NCBI RefSeq assembly: GCF_036321535.1
Contig: NC_087436.1
Location: forward strand, 92,630,001 to 92,694,000
Direction: 5' to 3'
Source of the DNA: Camelus dromedarius
Lineage: Eukaryota
Length of the DNA: 64,000 nt
Shown here: positions 23,746-35,368 of the stretch, piece by piece
Layout of the letters: every line of letters starts with the position of its first letter
Position numbering within the stretch: the stretch's first letter is position 1
The notes under the pieces: model-generated
The model's database searches: none
What the model was told of the DNA's origin: nothing
The model's input: only the letters and a program-made list of their open reading frames with translations
Position numbers and translations under genes: made by a program

Positions 23746-25574
23746 CTAATCAGTGCAGACAAATTTTGAAATTGTTGGTTCTGGACTGTTTCACTGGACA
23801 TGGCATGACATCTTTTAAATCTAGAGAATGACCACATACAGTGGACTGATGGCCACAGTCTGAATGGGATGCACTGAGGGTATGTTCTTTGCAGAAGAAG
23901 TAAACATGATTCATATCCAGTGCTCTTCCGTATCACTGTGTACTGCACTATAACCACAAGGATTTTACTGAGTGCTAAACAATAAGATGATTGATGTTTA
24001 AGATATTTTATACTAAACCAGAAGTCTTTAGTGGATAGTTGTACAGGTGTTTACAGATGTTTTGAGAGATTTTTGGAGAAATTGATTGGGGTTTTTGGAA
24101 TGGGATGGGGACACATTATTTTTCCAATTTAAAACAATACAGTATATCGAAATACATGAAAATATGCAATCCAACACATTTTTAAAAGATTAAATTTGGA
24201 TGACAAAGATGCCTACATTTGCTGGCATAGCTGTCTCCCCTTCTTCCCTACAAGACTGTAAGCTCTTGAGCCAGATATCTGTGTTTTGTTTATCTACGTA
24301 TCCTCAGACATAAACACAATGTCTTGTACCCAGTAAATGTATAATGGATGAACAGATGGATGGATGATGGGTGGATGGACAGATGAACAGATGTTCCAAC
24401 TGCAATATTACTAAGTGTCCATTCCCCTGGAATTCACCACTGGACCCTCAGCCTCATTCTGCTTTCATTCATAGCCAAGAATATGACTTTTCTATCTCCC
24501 TCATGACATGATGGTGATGGAAGCAAAGAAGGGAGATCTTGGAAGGCTATTTTGAGAGGGCCATACATTAAATAACTGCAAATGACTTAACATTTGCAGA
24601 TGATTGAAAGGAAATAAAGGCAGGATCCCAGAGCTTGTCATACTCACTCTTGACCCTGGTTTTTGTACTCAATCCAGTTTTGAGTGAGGTAGATTCTTCC
24701 AGGACTGTACCACTCTCCTTTAGGAAGAAAAATCAACAGTGTTCCTTTCCAATAGGCACCCCAGTTCAGAGAACTCCTCTTTGCATTATCAATTTCCCAA
24801 AAGGGAATCATGTTTGCTCTCTGTTCAGGGCTGTCTCCATAGCCACCTATAGGTTTTGAGGCTCTGTTAATTATGCCTGTATATCAATAACCACAAAGCC
24901 ATAGGCCATGCTGCATTCTCCATCTGTTGAGTATTTATAAACAAAAATAAAAAGATCCCCCAAGGGCTTATTGGCTTTTTTAAAAACAATTCTGTAGCCT
25001 TATTTATAAGTAACCCCTACCACCTATTATATGAGCTAAGAATCCAGGCACCAGCTACCAGGAATCAATACACACTCAAATTGACCCGTCAATATGCACA
25101 ATCATTTATTCCATTCAAGGTTATCTTGGCTTCTTCAGGGCAGAGGCTCATTTTCTCCATTATAGCCATGACTTCCAGGTTAGGTGAGACAAGCAGAAAG
25201 GAGAAGCCTCTTGTACAAGGACATCAGCTTGTGTATTTGCAGCCCTGGGAATCAGGCCGACCTCACCAGTAAGAGATGGGAGCATGTGGCCAGTATCTCC
25301 ACTTGCTTTTCTTATTTATCCCAGGGATTTGTCTTCCTAAACACAGCTTCTCCAGCATTTCCCCAGACAGACATCAAGGTCACCAACCACACAGGCAAAA
25401 TAAGAGCATAACCAACTTAATCTGTTTTGTATCGAAAAGCTTGGCACGTATGCACATAATAAATGTTCTTTACATGAATAAAATGTGCTATGTAGAAAGA
25501 CAGCCTGGGTTCAGAATGAACCTCTGCTACTTACTAAATGCATGTTACCTAACTTCTTGCAGAAGTTTCCGTTT

Positions 25575-25776
25575 GTGGGTTCCTGCTCTGGTTAAGTTGT
25601 AGGATTTTCCGTATCTGTCTGTCTCTCCGATTTTGGGGACAGTGGCTTGCCCTGTGACCTCACTTCTCTGACAGATCTAAGAAGAGCTGTTAATTTCCAG
25701 TTTGTTTAGTTTTTTATTTGTTAGTATGGAGTGGGGACTTCTAAGCTCTTACATGCCAAGCCAGAAACTGGAAGTT
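25575..25776 (-). mobile_element. Old L1M 5'-end-like fragment (L1MD-type)
   Basis: 'gcttgccctgtgacctcacttctctgacagatctaagaagagctgttaatttccag...cttacatgccaagccagaaactggaagt'; family call uncertain. Confidence 0.5.
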
Positions 25777-27010
25777 GAGGCATAATTTTCACTTCATAAA
25801 TTTGGACAGGCCAGAAACAACCCATTGCTTTGTATTTTTATTTATTCAAAAAATACATATATATGTATTTAATGCTTACTGCATGCAAGGCACTATTTTA
25901 AGTGCTTTATAATCATAAACTCATTTTCTTTTCAAAGCAACTCCAAAGAATCTTCAAAAGCAGGTTTTTTAATCATCCTCAGTTTATAGGTGGAGAAGCT
26001 GAGATTGAAAAAATTAACCAATAGGACACAGGATTAGGGCTCTAGGCAGGCAGCCCTTTTTAACTCAGTTTAATTTGATCTAAGGCCTCATCTTCCTAAA
26101 CTGGAGGTTCTTGTTCCGGCTTGGGTTGTAGGGAGTCTTACTTTGAGAAGACGGTGGGATGCGGGGAGGAGAGGCAGGCACCAGCACTGTTCCTGTCGAT
26201 GAGCTCCTGTCCGAGTCTGGTTTCCTGAAGATGAGCATCTCTGCTCACGCGTGTCCCTGGGTGGGCCTGAAGTTGGTTAAGGGCTCTCAGCAGTGGTATA
26301 AATAGCAAATCATTTCATTTCCTCCCGTCACAACTTCCAGCTGTGCCACGTCAGATCCCCTTCCTTGTTCATCACTGACGTCTTGGGCAGACTTTATAAC
26401 TTACAATTATTTTTGATTATTAAAAGCCCAGTCCAGTTACGGGCTTATCTCAAAGGTGCTTTAAATCCCACTTCTTGCCCTTTCTTCTAGCGCAGGCTGG
26501 GAGAGAGCATCAGGGTGCTGGCCTGGTGTGGGTCTGAAACATTGCCAGCCCCCTCGCCCTCAAAGCTGGCTTCCCTGGCGGGACAGTGATGCCAAAGCAG
26601 GGAGGCTCTCAGCCCTCGTTCTGATTTGGTCTGGTTTCATACGGTAGTTTCCCGCATAGCTGATGGAAGTGGTTTTCTTGGGGTGTTGTTCAGCTTCTCC
26701 CCAGCATCTCTGTCTCTAGGACTACCTCCAAGAGGCAGTCATGACTCCTGGCCCCACCAGGAATCAGGCCTCCAGCCAGTTCTCTGAGTTAGACACGGTC
26801 TGGCTGGGCCCCGGAGCCACCAGGGCCACTCTGTGCCTCTGGCTGCTCCTCCAACTTCCCGCCCCTTCCTGGGAACCACGGGAACCACTGCAGTCCTGCT
26901 CCATTTCCTCCATCCCCTCCAGGGGCGTCTGGGAATGCGTGGTTTTGCCTTCATCCTTTCCTTCCCAGGGTTACTCAGGCTCTCCCTACTTTGTGAAGAG
27001 AGTGGCGCTA

Positions 27011-27027
27011 ATTTGCATATTTAAATA
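27011..27027. promoter_or_regulatory. Octamer (ATTTGCAT) overlapping an AT palindrome TATTTAAATA
   Basis: Exact motifs present in non-repetitive, GC-richer sequence; function not demonstrated. Confidence 0.3.
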
Positions 27028-30000
27028 CAACGCTCACCTTCAGCTTCCCCCGAGTACTCCTTCAACACATCCCATTCTGCTCTGTAGCAGCTCCAGGACA
27101 GGCAATGACGGCTCAGCAGGGCAGAGAGATGCCTTTCCCCTTCGGTGCAGACACTCCCAATCTCTACAAGAGTCTCTCGAAGCCCCCTGTCGCCAGTTAG
27201 GCCTGGGGTGGGTGAAGGTCCCCCTCTGTTTCCCACAGAGAAGGGTGGAAACCTTCTTGGTGTCAACAGCGCACTGTACAGACTGAAGAATCTGGCCACT
27301 GTCTCACCCCCTCCACCCCCGTGCGCGCTTCCAGGAGGGTGGCTGGTGGCTGGCTGTGCTGGGGCTGGGGCTGCGGCCACTTGTAAGCCCGGGGGAGGCG
27401 TGGCTGGCACCTGGATTGCTGGGAACTTTCTTTAGCTCAGGCTACACTTAGTTCCTCTTGTTCTCAGCTCTCAGTCACGACTAGGAAACAAAGGAAAAGT
27501 CTCTCCAGACCCCCACCAGAGAGTCGGGCATTGCTGCTTCCTCTGCCTGCCCTGTGAGGGGCTGTCAGAGCTGCTCTGCTCGCCCGTGACACTGTTATCC
27601 CCTAACCCCACTGTGGGCATTCCCTTCCCAGACGGGGGAGTGGAGAGGAAGGCACACAGGATGACTTTCCTCCTCTACAAGGCTCGAGGCAAAGAGGAAG
27701 AAAAGGACTAGGAGTTGAGAGTTTACACGCTTTTCCACGTTTACTCTTTCCAATAATTCTACGCAAACCTGATACGGGTGAAGCAACTGAAGCCAGTAAC
27801 TTGCCCCTGTTTTCAAACACCAGCCTGTGTCTGAAACCTCCGTCTTTCTAGCACAACCTGGCTTGCTGTAAGCATGAACCCCAAAAGCCAGGGAGAGCCA
27901 GGACAGATGGGACTTAATCATAGGATGTTTCTTATATTATCAGTTCTGTTTCTATTACTCTTCAGTGTTGATGTTAAACATGTTATAACTGTGTGTCATC
28001 TCCCAAACTAAACTATAATATTTCTGAAATCAGGAACATATTGATCCTTTTCTTCTCCTCCCAGGGCATTAAGAGCAGTGCCTTATGAATTTATGTGAAA
28101 GTTTCACCATGTTTGTTGAATTAAGAAAAGGAAGAATAGAAAACAAAAAGTACTGTATACAAGTATCCGGACTTCGTGACAGTATTGCGATAATGGCACA
28201 ACGTGAGCAGCAAGTACTCAGCGAGCTTTGTGGAATCGAGTAAGTTGCATGGAGTCTTCCACGTGTGGCAGATTTATATCACCGATGAGCGTCTCCAAGG
28301 ACACAGGTATAGATTTCACTGACTATGAGAATCTGAAGATTAGGACATAGGAACAAACCAGGCAAAGCTGTGATAGAAATGAAATCAAACCCTACTTGTA
28401 AATCTTCTCCAGGCTAGCCTGAGTCTTCCCAACAATGTCAGTCGAAACCATTAGTTTTATATGAGGCAAAGCTACGATTCTTGAAGCATGGGTTCAAATC
28501 TGACTGCAACTCAATCATTTCAGATTTTCTTAGTCACTTAAGAAGGATGATTACAAAATAATGAGACTGATATTAATGTGTGGCTGGAAGAATCAGTTTT
28601 GTTGTTTTACAGCTGCACATTATATTTTCAAAAGGTCTTTCTTTAAAACTTGAAGCAATGACAAGGGATCAATATTCAATCAGTTTCTGCAGAATATGAT
28701 GATGGATTTGAGATCACTGGGGTCTGCAATGATTTGGTGCCCAAAAAGTCAATACATCTCATTCATTCACTCAACAAACATCTCCTGCATATTTACTAGG
28801 CACTAGGCATCGAAATATAAAGGTAAAAGATGTAGTTCTCTCTTCAAGATGCCACTGACTTGCTGGAAACTCAGAAGTACAGGCAGCCAGTTTCAAGGCA
28901 GTGGGTGAAGAGTTGTGGCAGAGGCTGGCAGAGTGGGACCTGATTCAGATTTTGGTGGTGTCAGGAGAGGCTTTCTTGAAGAGGTGATGGATAAGGAGTG
29001 TTTTGAAGGATGAGGACTAGCCAGATGAAGAAGGGGATGAAGTGGACCTCAGGCAGAGAAAAAAGACGCAAGACAGAAGCCTAGCATGCAGGATGAGGGC
29101 ACGCTTTTCCCCGTAGAATCCAGGCAGAGCAATGCAGAAAGTAACAAGTAAGTAGCCCCTGTTACTTACTGTCAGGAGTAAAGGATGGATCCAAGAGAAT
29201 CAAACTGCATTCTTGGTCCAGGTGGTCTTGTGTCATCTTTCTCAGTGCCAGCCTTGGGGCTGTGTGTGAGGAGAGCAGTTAGGGGATCCTCCAGGAAACC
29301 TATGACAACTCACCCAATCTTGACCACCAGGGATCCTGCAACCTCACAGTGCCCAGTGAGGGAGAGAAGGGCAGTGCCCAAGCTTGGGTGGCAAGGTCAG
29401 CCATGGGTGTGCTGTCTATGTGGGAGGGAAAAGGCTCCGTTTGATCTTAGTGCCCAAGATCGCAGAAAACTCAGGCTTCCCCTGTTCTGGATGGATCTGG
29501 AGGTTGGGGTGAGCCGGCAGAGTCTCTGGGCAAGAGGGTGACAGTTTTGTAAAGTTTAGGCTATGCATTTAGGATGGAACAAGACCCCAGTCAGGGACTG
29601 GAAGATGGGTAGTAGGATCCAGCCCTCACAGGGAGAGAATTGGCAGGTCTGGGCCAGACGTTTCAGGACATGACAGCAGAGCCGGGGTGGGGGATGATTC
29701 AGGATGACAGCCCCCCTGACAGTTTCCTTCTCATGTGTGAGTCCGCATCAAGGTCATGCCATACAGGTTCTGATCCCCCTTTAATGATAAGCTACAAGCA
29801 AAAAGGACTTGAAGGATGCCTTCTACTGCACCATCATGCAAACTGGTGTCAGTATCAGGTGTGACCCATTGGTAAAGTCTTCTTGGCCAGTGAGCAGGCC
29901 TGGGGAAGGGAGCTAGTCTTAGAGCAGGTGGTGCCATTCACAGGCAGCCATCCGAATGCTATGGAACCCAAACACTGGTACTTGGCCCCAAGTCTGGAAA

Positions 30001-30897
30001 CATAGGAATAAACTGGTCCATCTAAAATTAGAAGGCCACTTGACCCCTTCCCATCCCCGCCCCCACCCCATGTTGGCTCCCCTAGTGTCAGGACGTGAAA
30101 GTACAGGGTCAGAGGTAGAACTGGGGTGTAAACCTGTCCTATGGCATCCAAAGCTGGTAGATCATGGTTGATGGAGGAAAAACAAGATTTAAAATACAGC
30201 TAGTCTGTGGGAATTCTTCTAATTGTCAAACAGGTATAATTTAAGTGGAGGATCCGAGGGGGACCCCCCCCAATTGTATAGGCTTCAAATTCCAGAAGAC
30301 TGGGATCTACCCCACTATCTAACTATTGTGATGCTAACTTGTCATCCCCAGTTTGCTTGCTCTTGTCTATAAATATTAAATGCATTCTTATTATGTGCCA
30401 AGCACTGTGTAAAATGCTTGGAAATTTTTATTTGTTTTTCAGGACTAGTCCTTTATAGAAAACTATCAGAATATTTTCCTGGGACATCTGAGAAATAATG
30501 CAAACATCTAAAACTCAGGACATTAGAAATATTTTTTAAATGTGTGGAATCCTTGGAAACACTTCGAACTCTAAGAAAGAATACAGTGGAACTGTATGGA
30601 GTTTGTGTTTTCTTCAAAATTGGAATTTTTTTTCTAGATTATATATACTAAACCTGCTTTTTTGCAAATCTGTTTTAACTTGGTTGACCATGAATAAAGG
30701 CCTAAAATTCTCGTGAAAAACTAGATAAACGGAATTCTGAGATTGTGCAATGGTTAAATGTTACATTTTTAAAAAGAAGCAAATGCAATTCTCTGCCATA
30801 ACCTGTATTACTCAGTCAAATATAACTTTCATGCAAAAGAAATTTAATTGGAAGTTTGACTATATTTACATGACATCCAGTAGTATTTATTGGGGGC

Positions 30898-31162
30898 AAT
30901 ACATAAAGTTCATAAAGTCTATGTTTCTTATTTACGGAGTTCATAAAGTCTATGTTTCTTATTTACGGAGTCAATCAGTTATATATGATTTATATATGAT
31001 TGTTTCTATATGACTGTGTGTTACACTTGCCAAAATGGTAAATTTAGACTTCATTCAAGACTGTTACAAAAAGGGAGAGAGATCAGGCTCAATTCCAAAT
31101 ATGGCAAAGACAAATACATAAAGTTCATAAAGTCTATGTTTCTTATTTACGGAGTCAATCAG
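30898..31162. repeat. Exact triplicated 31-50-bp unit with intervening filler
   Basis: agttcataaagtctatgtttcttatttacggagt occurs in tandem (period 31, starts 30907 and 30938) and again within 31113-31162. Confidence 0.95.
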
Positions 31163-31229
31163 CTTTCACACGATAGTATTTTTATGTCACTCTCCGGCTT
31201 TGCTGGGCCCTTAGCCCCACGATTCGTCT

Positions 31230-31312
31230 TTCTCACTAGTGTATTTCTCATGCCTGGAATGGTGCCTGGTGCATAGCACACACTCAAATATTTGTTGGAC
31301 AAATGAATGAAC
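31230..31312 (+). mobile_element. L2 3' end
   Basis: 'tgcctggaatggtgcctggtgcatagcacacactcaaatatttgttggacaaatgaatgaa'. Confidence 0.7.
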
Positions 31313-33449
31313 TATTTCATAACTTTCTATTCAGGAAATAGGAGTGTTTTCCAGCCTCCAAGTCCAGAACCTTTGCTTGTTCCAAAACACTAACTACTAG
31401 ATCTTTTAGACTATGTGTCTCTTTTCTTCATGCCTCATGTCAGATTTACAAGCATTCTCCAAACACGGGGTGCCTAGGTAATGTATGTGCATTATGATGG
31501 CTTTTTTTAATCTCTGTTGATATTCAATTCGGAAATGATAGTCTTACAGTTTTGTAAGCATCTAGCCAATTTGTCCCTCCAAATTTGTGAATTTCAGCAG
31601 GCCCCACAATGCAACATGATACGTTTGGATTGTGAAATTTCAGCCGTACAAATAACGATGGAAGCGATCAATTGCTTTAACAATGCCTAATAGCTTTTTC
31701 TTGGTGCTCGGTAGTTTCAAGCTGCAGTACTTAAAGAGTCTGATTGTAGCAAGTGATTATCACCTTATCAAGAGTCATCTTATGCCGGCAATGTTCTTCT
31801 TCTGGACAGAAAAAAGGTCCCATAAATCCTCAAATCACTCACACTTCATTTTTCTTTCATTTCCATCCACTGTGATCCTTTCTTGGCTTCATTCTCTCTG
31901 GTCCAGAACACTCACATGGTGACCAGATTTACAACAAGCCCCAAGCTTGAATTCATGTTCTGACAAATCATGCTTCTTATCTGTGAAGTTATTTTTCGAA
32001 AGCCTCAAAATCAGAAAAATTAAATTCTGTAAGTCACACATTTAACCCATCACCTTTTATTGACAAGAGCAAATGTACATGAGACTGAATAACAAATTCT
32101 GCAAAAAATTACAGATGGGCTAATACAATTTTTGTCATCTTTATCATCCATATTGAAGCTGATGGCAGGGTTTTCCATTTTTATGCTCATTTGTAGAATT
32201 CAACTTGTGAAGTTACAATTTATTCTTCATCTTTCAAACATCTCTTGTTAAGTCTGAGTAATTCATTTGGATTATCAAGAGAGATTTTATATCAATTACT
32301 TTAGTAATTCCCGAAAGCTGTTAGCAAAAATGATCTGATGAACTGGAGTCAGGCCAGGTGGTATGAAATCTTGAAATATTAATGTTTTTCTGTGAAAATC
32401 TTTCCGGAGAATTTTGTTTTCTTCTGTTCCCACAAAGAAAACAAGTATTCAAGTAATAATTTGAGGTTAGGATCTCATTTTGAAAAGTCTTCATAGTAAT
32501 AGAAAGCGAAATATCCTAGGAATTACTCCATGCTTTCTTCAAATCATTCTTTTCGGGGCCTTTTAATAAGTTTTTGTTGTTCTCTCCAAATAATGCAAAA
32601 TCGTTAAAGGCTTTTCAATATATCCCCTCTAAAGGTAAGGGAATTTAATTCCCATTCCCTTATCAGTTTCACTAAATCTACATCACAATGAATATTTAAC
32701 CTTGTTAGCAATTTTCTTATGAAATTCTTTTATTTTTAGAATTAAACCATTCACATTTTTATCTTTCTCTTCAATTCTAATTAAAATGCAGAAATTCACA
32801 TGGAGAAATAGTCTGCCTCTCCATTCTGAAAAAAGTGTCATGGAAAATTGCAATGGTATTGTTTTGATTTAGGGTCTTTGGAAAATGTCTTGACAATGGA
32901 ACTCTTTCAACTGATAAAAACCAAGCCTGTGATGGTTGAAACATTATTAGTATTCTTCTGAGAACAGGCATCTGTATCAGAAATCTTATGTTTGAATAGG
33001 ACCAAATTTGTCTTTGATAAAATCACACGATTATTTCAGTGTCTTCTCTTATATTATAGAAATGTAACAAATTTTGAATAATTTTACAATAACAACTTCT
33101 ACATCAATTGAAAAAATCTGATGAATTATTAATACAATTGTTGCAGATGTGTGCCATGCAACTGATCCTAGTGAGATTCTGATATTGGCATTATTGGAAA
33201 AGAATCTCAAAGCTGGCGTCGGAGATATTGGATGACATGCTGACAAGCTAATCAACCGGCCTGCTGAGGCTTAGACTTGGAGGGAAGATGGTCATTTCAT
33301 TGGCCACTTCAGTCCCCTGGGAGGATGTCACCTTCAAGAACTCTCACAATAATTTCAGTATTTTCATTAAAATATCTTATTAATTATTTGTACACTACAA
33401 ATTGCATCAACATAGTCCAGAAACATTTAAAAATTACTATTATACACTG

Positions 33450-33715
33450 GAGAGGTAGCACAGGAGAGTGGCTGAGAGAGCAGACTCTGGAATGAAATTG
33501 CTGGGGTCCAAATCCCAGTTCAGCCACTCACTCACTCGTCAGGAGATACTGGTCAAGTTACTATTTAACTGTGCTCTGTGCCTTTGTTCATCCTTACCAA
33601 GAATGATTAATAACACTGTCTCCAAAGGGTTAGTATGAGAATTAAGTAAATTAGTATTTGTATCATGCCTAGAACAGTGCCTGGCACACACTGAGCACCA
33701 TATACACATTTGGTC
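33450..33715 (+). mobile_element. MIR SINE
   Basis: 'gagagtggctgagagagcagactctggaatgaaattgctggggtccaaatcccagttcagccact...cctagaacagtgcctggcacac'. Confidence 0.8.
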
Positions 33716-34457
33716 AGTACATTTGTGGCTAGGCCAGGACCTCATGATTCTAAGATCTAATGTTTCACACAGTACTATCACAGTTTTCTTGAGCTTCTGC
33801 AACAAAAATGTTATTCACAGATGTTAATCTTTTTGCTTGTGCAGATGAAAATTTGGTTGTGAACAATATCAAAATTAACCTAGATGTACAATCCAAATAT
33901 CTGAAACTACGACTGTGCCTTGTAATATGACAGGCAATTATTGTTTCCTAGGCCATAAACTCCATTCCGGCAGAATGACATTTTCAGTGACACCAAAGAG
34001 CACACAGATCTTTGACTGACTATGTGAAGTTGTAGTAGCCCCACAGAGGCTTGAAGTCCCCACAGTGGGGGCTTGATGAAAATAAGCACTTGAACAGAAA
34101 AATGCAGAGAAGCTACTGCTTGCATAAAAAGAGGCACCTTCACAAAGCAACTGGGCGATAGCTGGCCGCGGAGTGTTTGGTGAGCCCAGCTTCTCGGGTT
34201 TCCCCAGGTCCTAGTATGGGACATACGCTTAGGGCCTTGGCTCTGGTCTTTGGTCTGCTCAGGCTTAGATCCTGAAGGGTCACAGGAAGAACGTCTGAGA
34301 AAAGGGATCGAGCTTCTCATACCCCGGCAGGTCACTCTTAAACTCCAGCATTGCCCCACGTATTGCGAAGCCATGTCACCTGGATGCAGCATCTGGCTCT
34401 GGGAACCATTTCTTACTAAGCTACCAGGGCTATCTGGCTCCATTTTACAGATTATAT

Positions 34458-35368
34458 CAGGGGATGGCAAACTGTAGCCCACAGGCCAAAGCCAGCCAGC
34501 TGCCTGTTTCTTGGGTTTTGTTTTTTCCATGCCCCAGAAATGGCTTTTACGTTTTTAAGGGTTGAAAACATAATAAAAAGAATATTATTTTTGTGACAGG
34601 TGAAACATGGGCTGAGACTCAATTTCAGTGTCCATTGGTTGTTTTACTTGAACACAGCCTTGGTAGACAGACTTCTAAGACGGCCCCCAGTATTCCCGCT
34701 CCTGGCATATACGTGTCCTGTGAAATCTCTCCTCCCCTGAAGTGCTGGTGGGACCTGCGAATATGATAAGCTATCACTCCTATGATTGTGTTACCATAGA
34801 TAGCAAAGGTGAAGGGACTTTACGGATGTAATTAAGGCCTTTAATCAGTTGAGTCTGAAGTAACCAAAGACAGACCACCCTGGGTGGACCTGTCCTAATC
34901 AGGTGAGCCCTTAAAAGATGGCTTAGGTCTTCCCCGAGCTTCCTCCTGAGATGAGTTAGATGAGGTCCACAGCTTGTCCATCGTCAGTAAGCTACCATGA
35001 GTTAGACAGCTGCAAGGAAATGAATTCTGAGAACACACTTGATCTTGGAATAGGATCCCAACCCTTAGATAAGACTGCAGCCCTTACTGACACCTTGATC
35101 GCAGCTTTGAGAGACCCTGAACAGAGGACCCAGCTAAGCTGACTCCTGACCTGTGGAAACTGTAAGGTGATAAGTGTTTGCCATTTTAAACCACTAGGTT
35201 TGTGGCGATTTATTACATAGCAGTAAAAGCAATACAATAGCCATTCTCATTTTTTAAGTATTGTACGTGGCTGCTTTGGGGCTGTAGCAGTGGAGCTGAG
35301 TAGTTACGACAGAGATTGTCAAACCCACAAAACATGAAATATTTACAAAAAAAGTTTGCAGATCCCTG
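34458..35368 (+). mobile_element. MER58B-like hAT-Charlie MITE (split by an MLT1 LTR)
   Basis: Termini caggggatggcaaact / agtttgcagatccctg; 8-bp TSD gattatat / gtttatat (7/8). Confidence 0.8.
34660..35236 (+). mobile_element. MaLR LTR, MLT1E-like, nested in MER58
   Basis: Starts 'tggtagacagacttctaagacggccccc', ends 'ccactaggtttgtggcgatttattacatagcagtaaaagcaataca'; flanks acagcc/atagcc. Confidence 0.8.

Larger units (their letters stand above)
30700..33300 (-). mobile_element. Ancient Ty3/Gypsy LTR-retrotransposon internal relic (MamGyp-int/MamGypsy-like)
   Basis: Manual translation of 31708->31502: STKKKLLGIVKAIDRFHRYLYG*NFTIQTYHVALWGLLKFTNLEGQIG*MLTKL*DYHFRIEYQQ, then HNAHTLPRHP, matching the Gypsy RNase H motif series (ELLAIV..I..F..YL.G..F...TDH..L.WL...EGQ.ARW...L..YDF.I.YR.G..H.NADALSR). 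KLGACCKSGHHV at about 31900-31950 is zinc-knuckle-like. Outer boundaries approximate. Confidence 0.8.

Noticed and set aside
26739..27435. Overlapping 71-181 aa ORFs on both strands
   Set aside because: Expected in GC-rich sequence; no homology recognised.
29148..29171. AGTAAGTA-N8-TACTTACT inverted repeat
   Set aside because: 8-bp low-complexity arms; expected by chance in 64 kb.
30898..31162. CRISPR-like repeat-spacer array
   Set aside because: Eukaryotic context, only three copies, two directly adjacent, irregular spacing and no cas genes.
33988..34440. TGGTGTCA (minus, 33988-33995) as a tRNA primer-binding site with an adjoining Gypsy 5' LTR
   Set aside because: Only 8 nt of match, no CA LTR end next to it and no second LTR copy found; kept as speculation only.
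33907..34530. Longest ORF in the track (207 aa, minus)
   Set aside because: Begins inside a MER58 MITE, has no recognisable domain and low-information composition.
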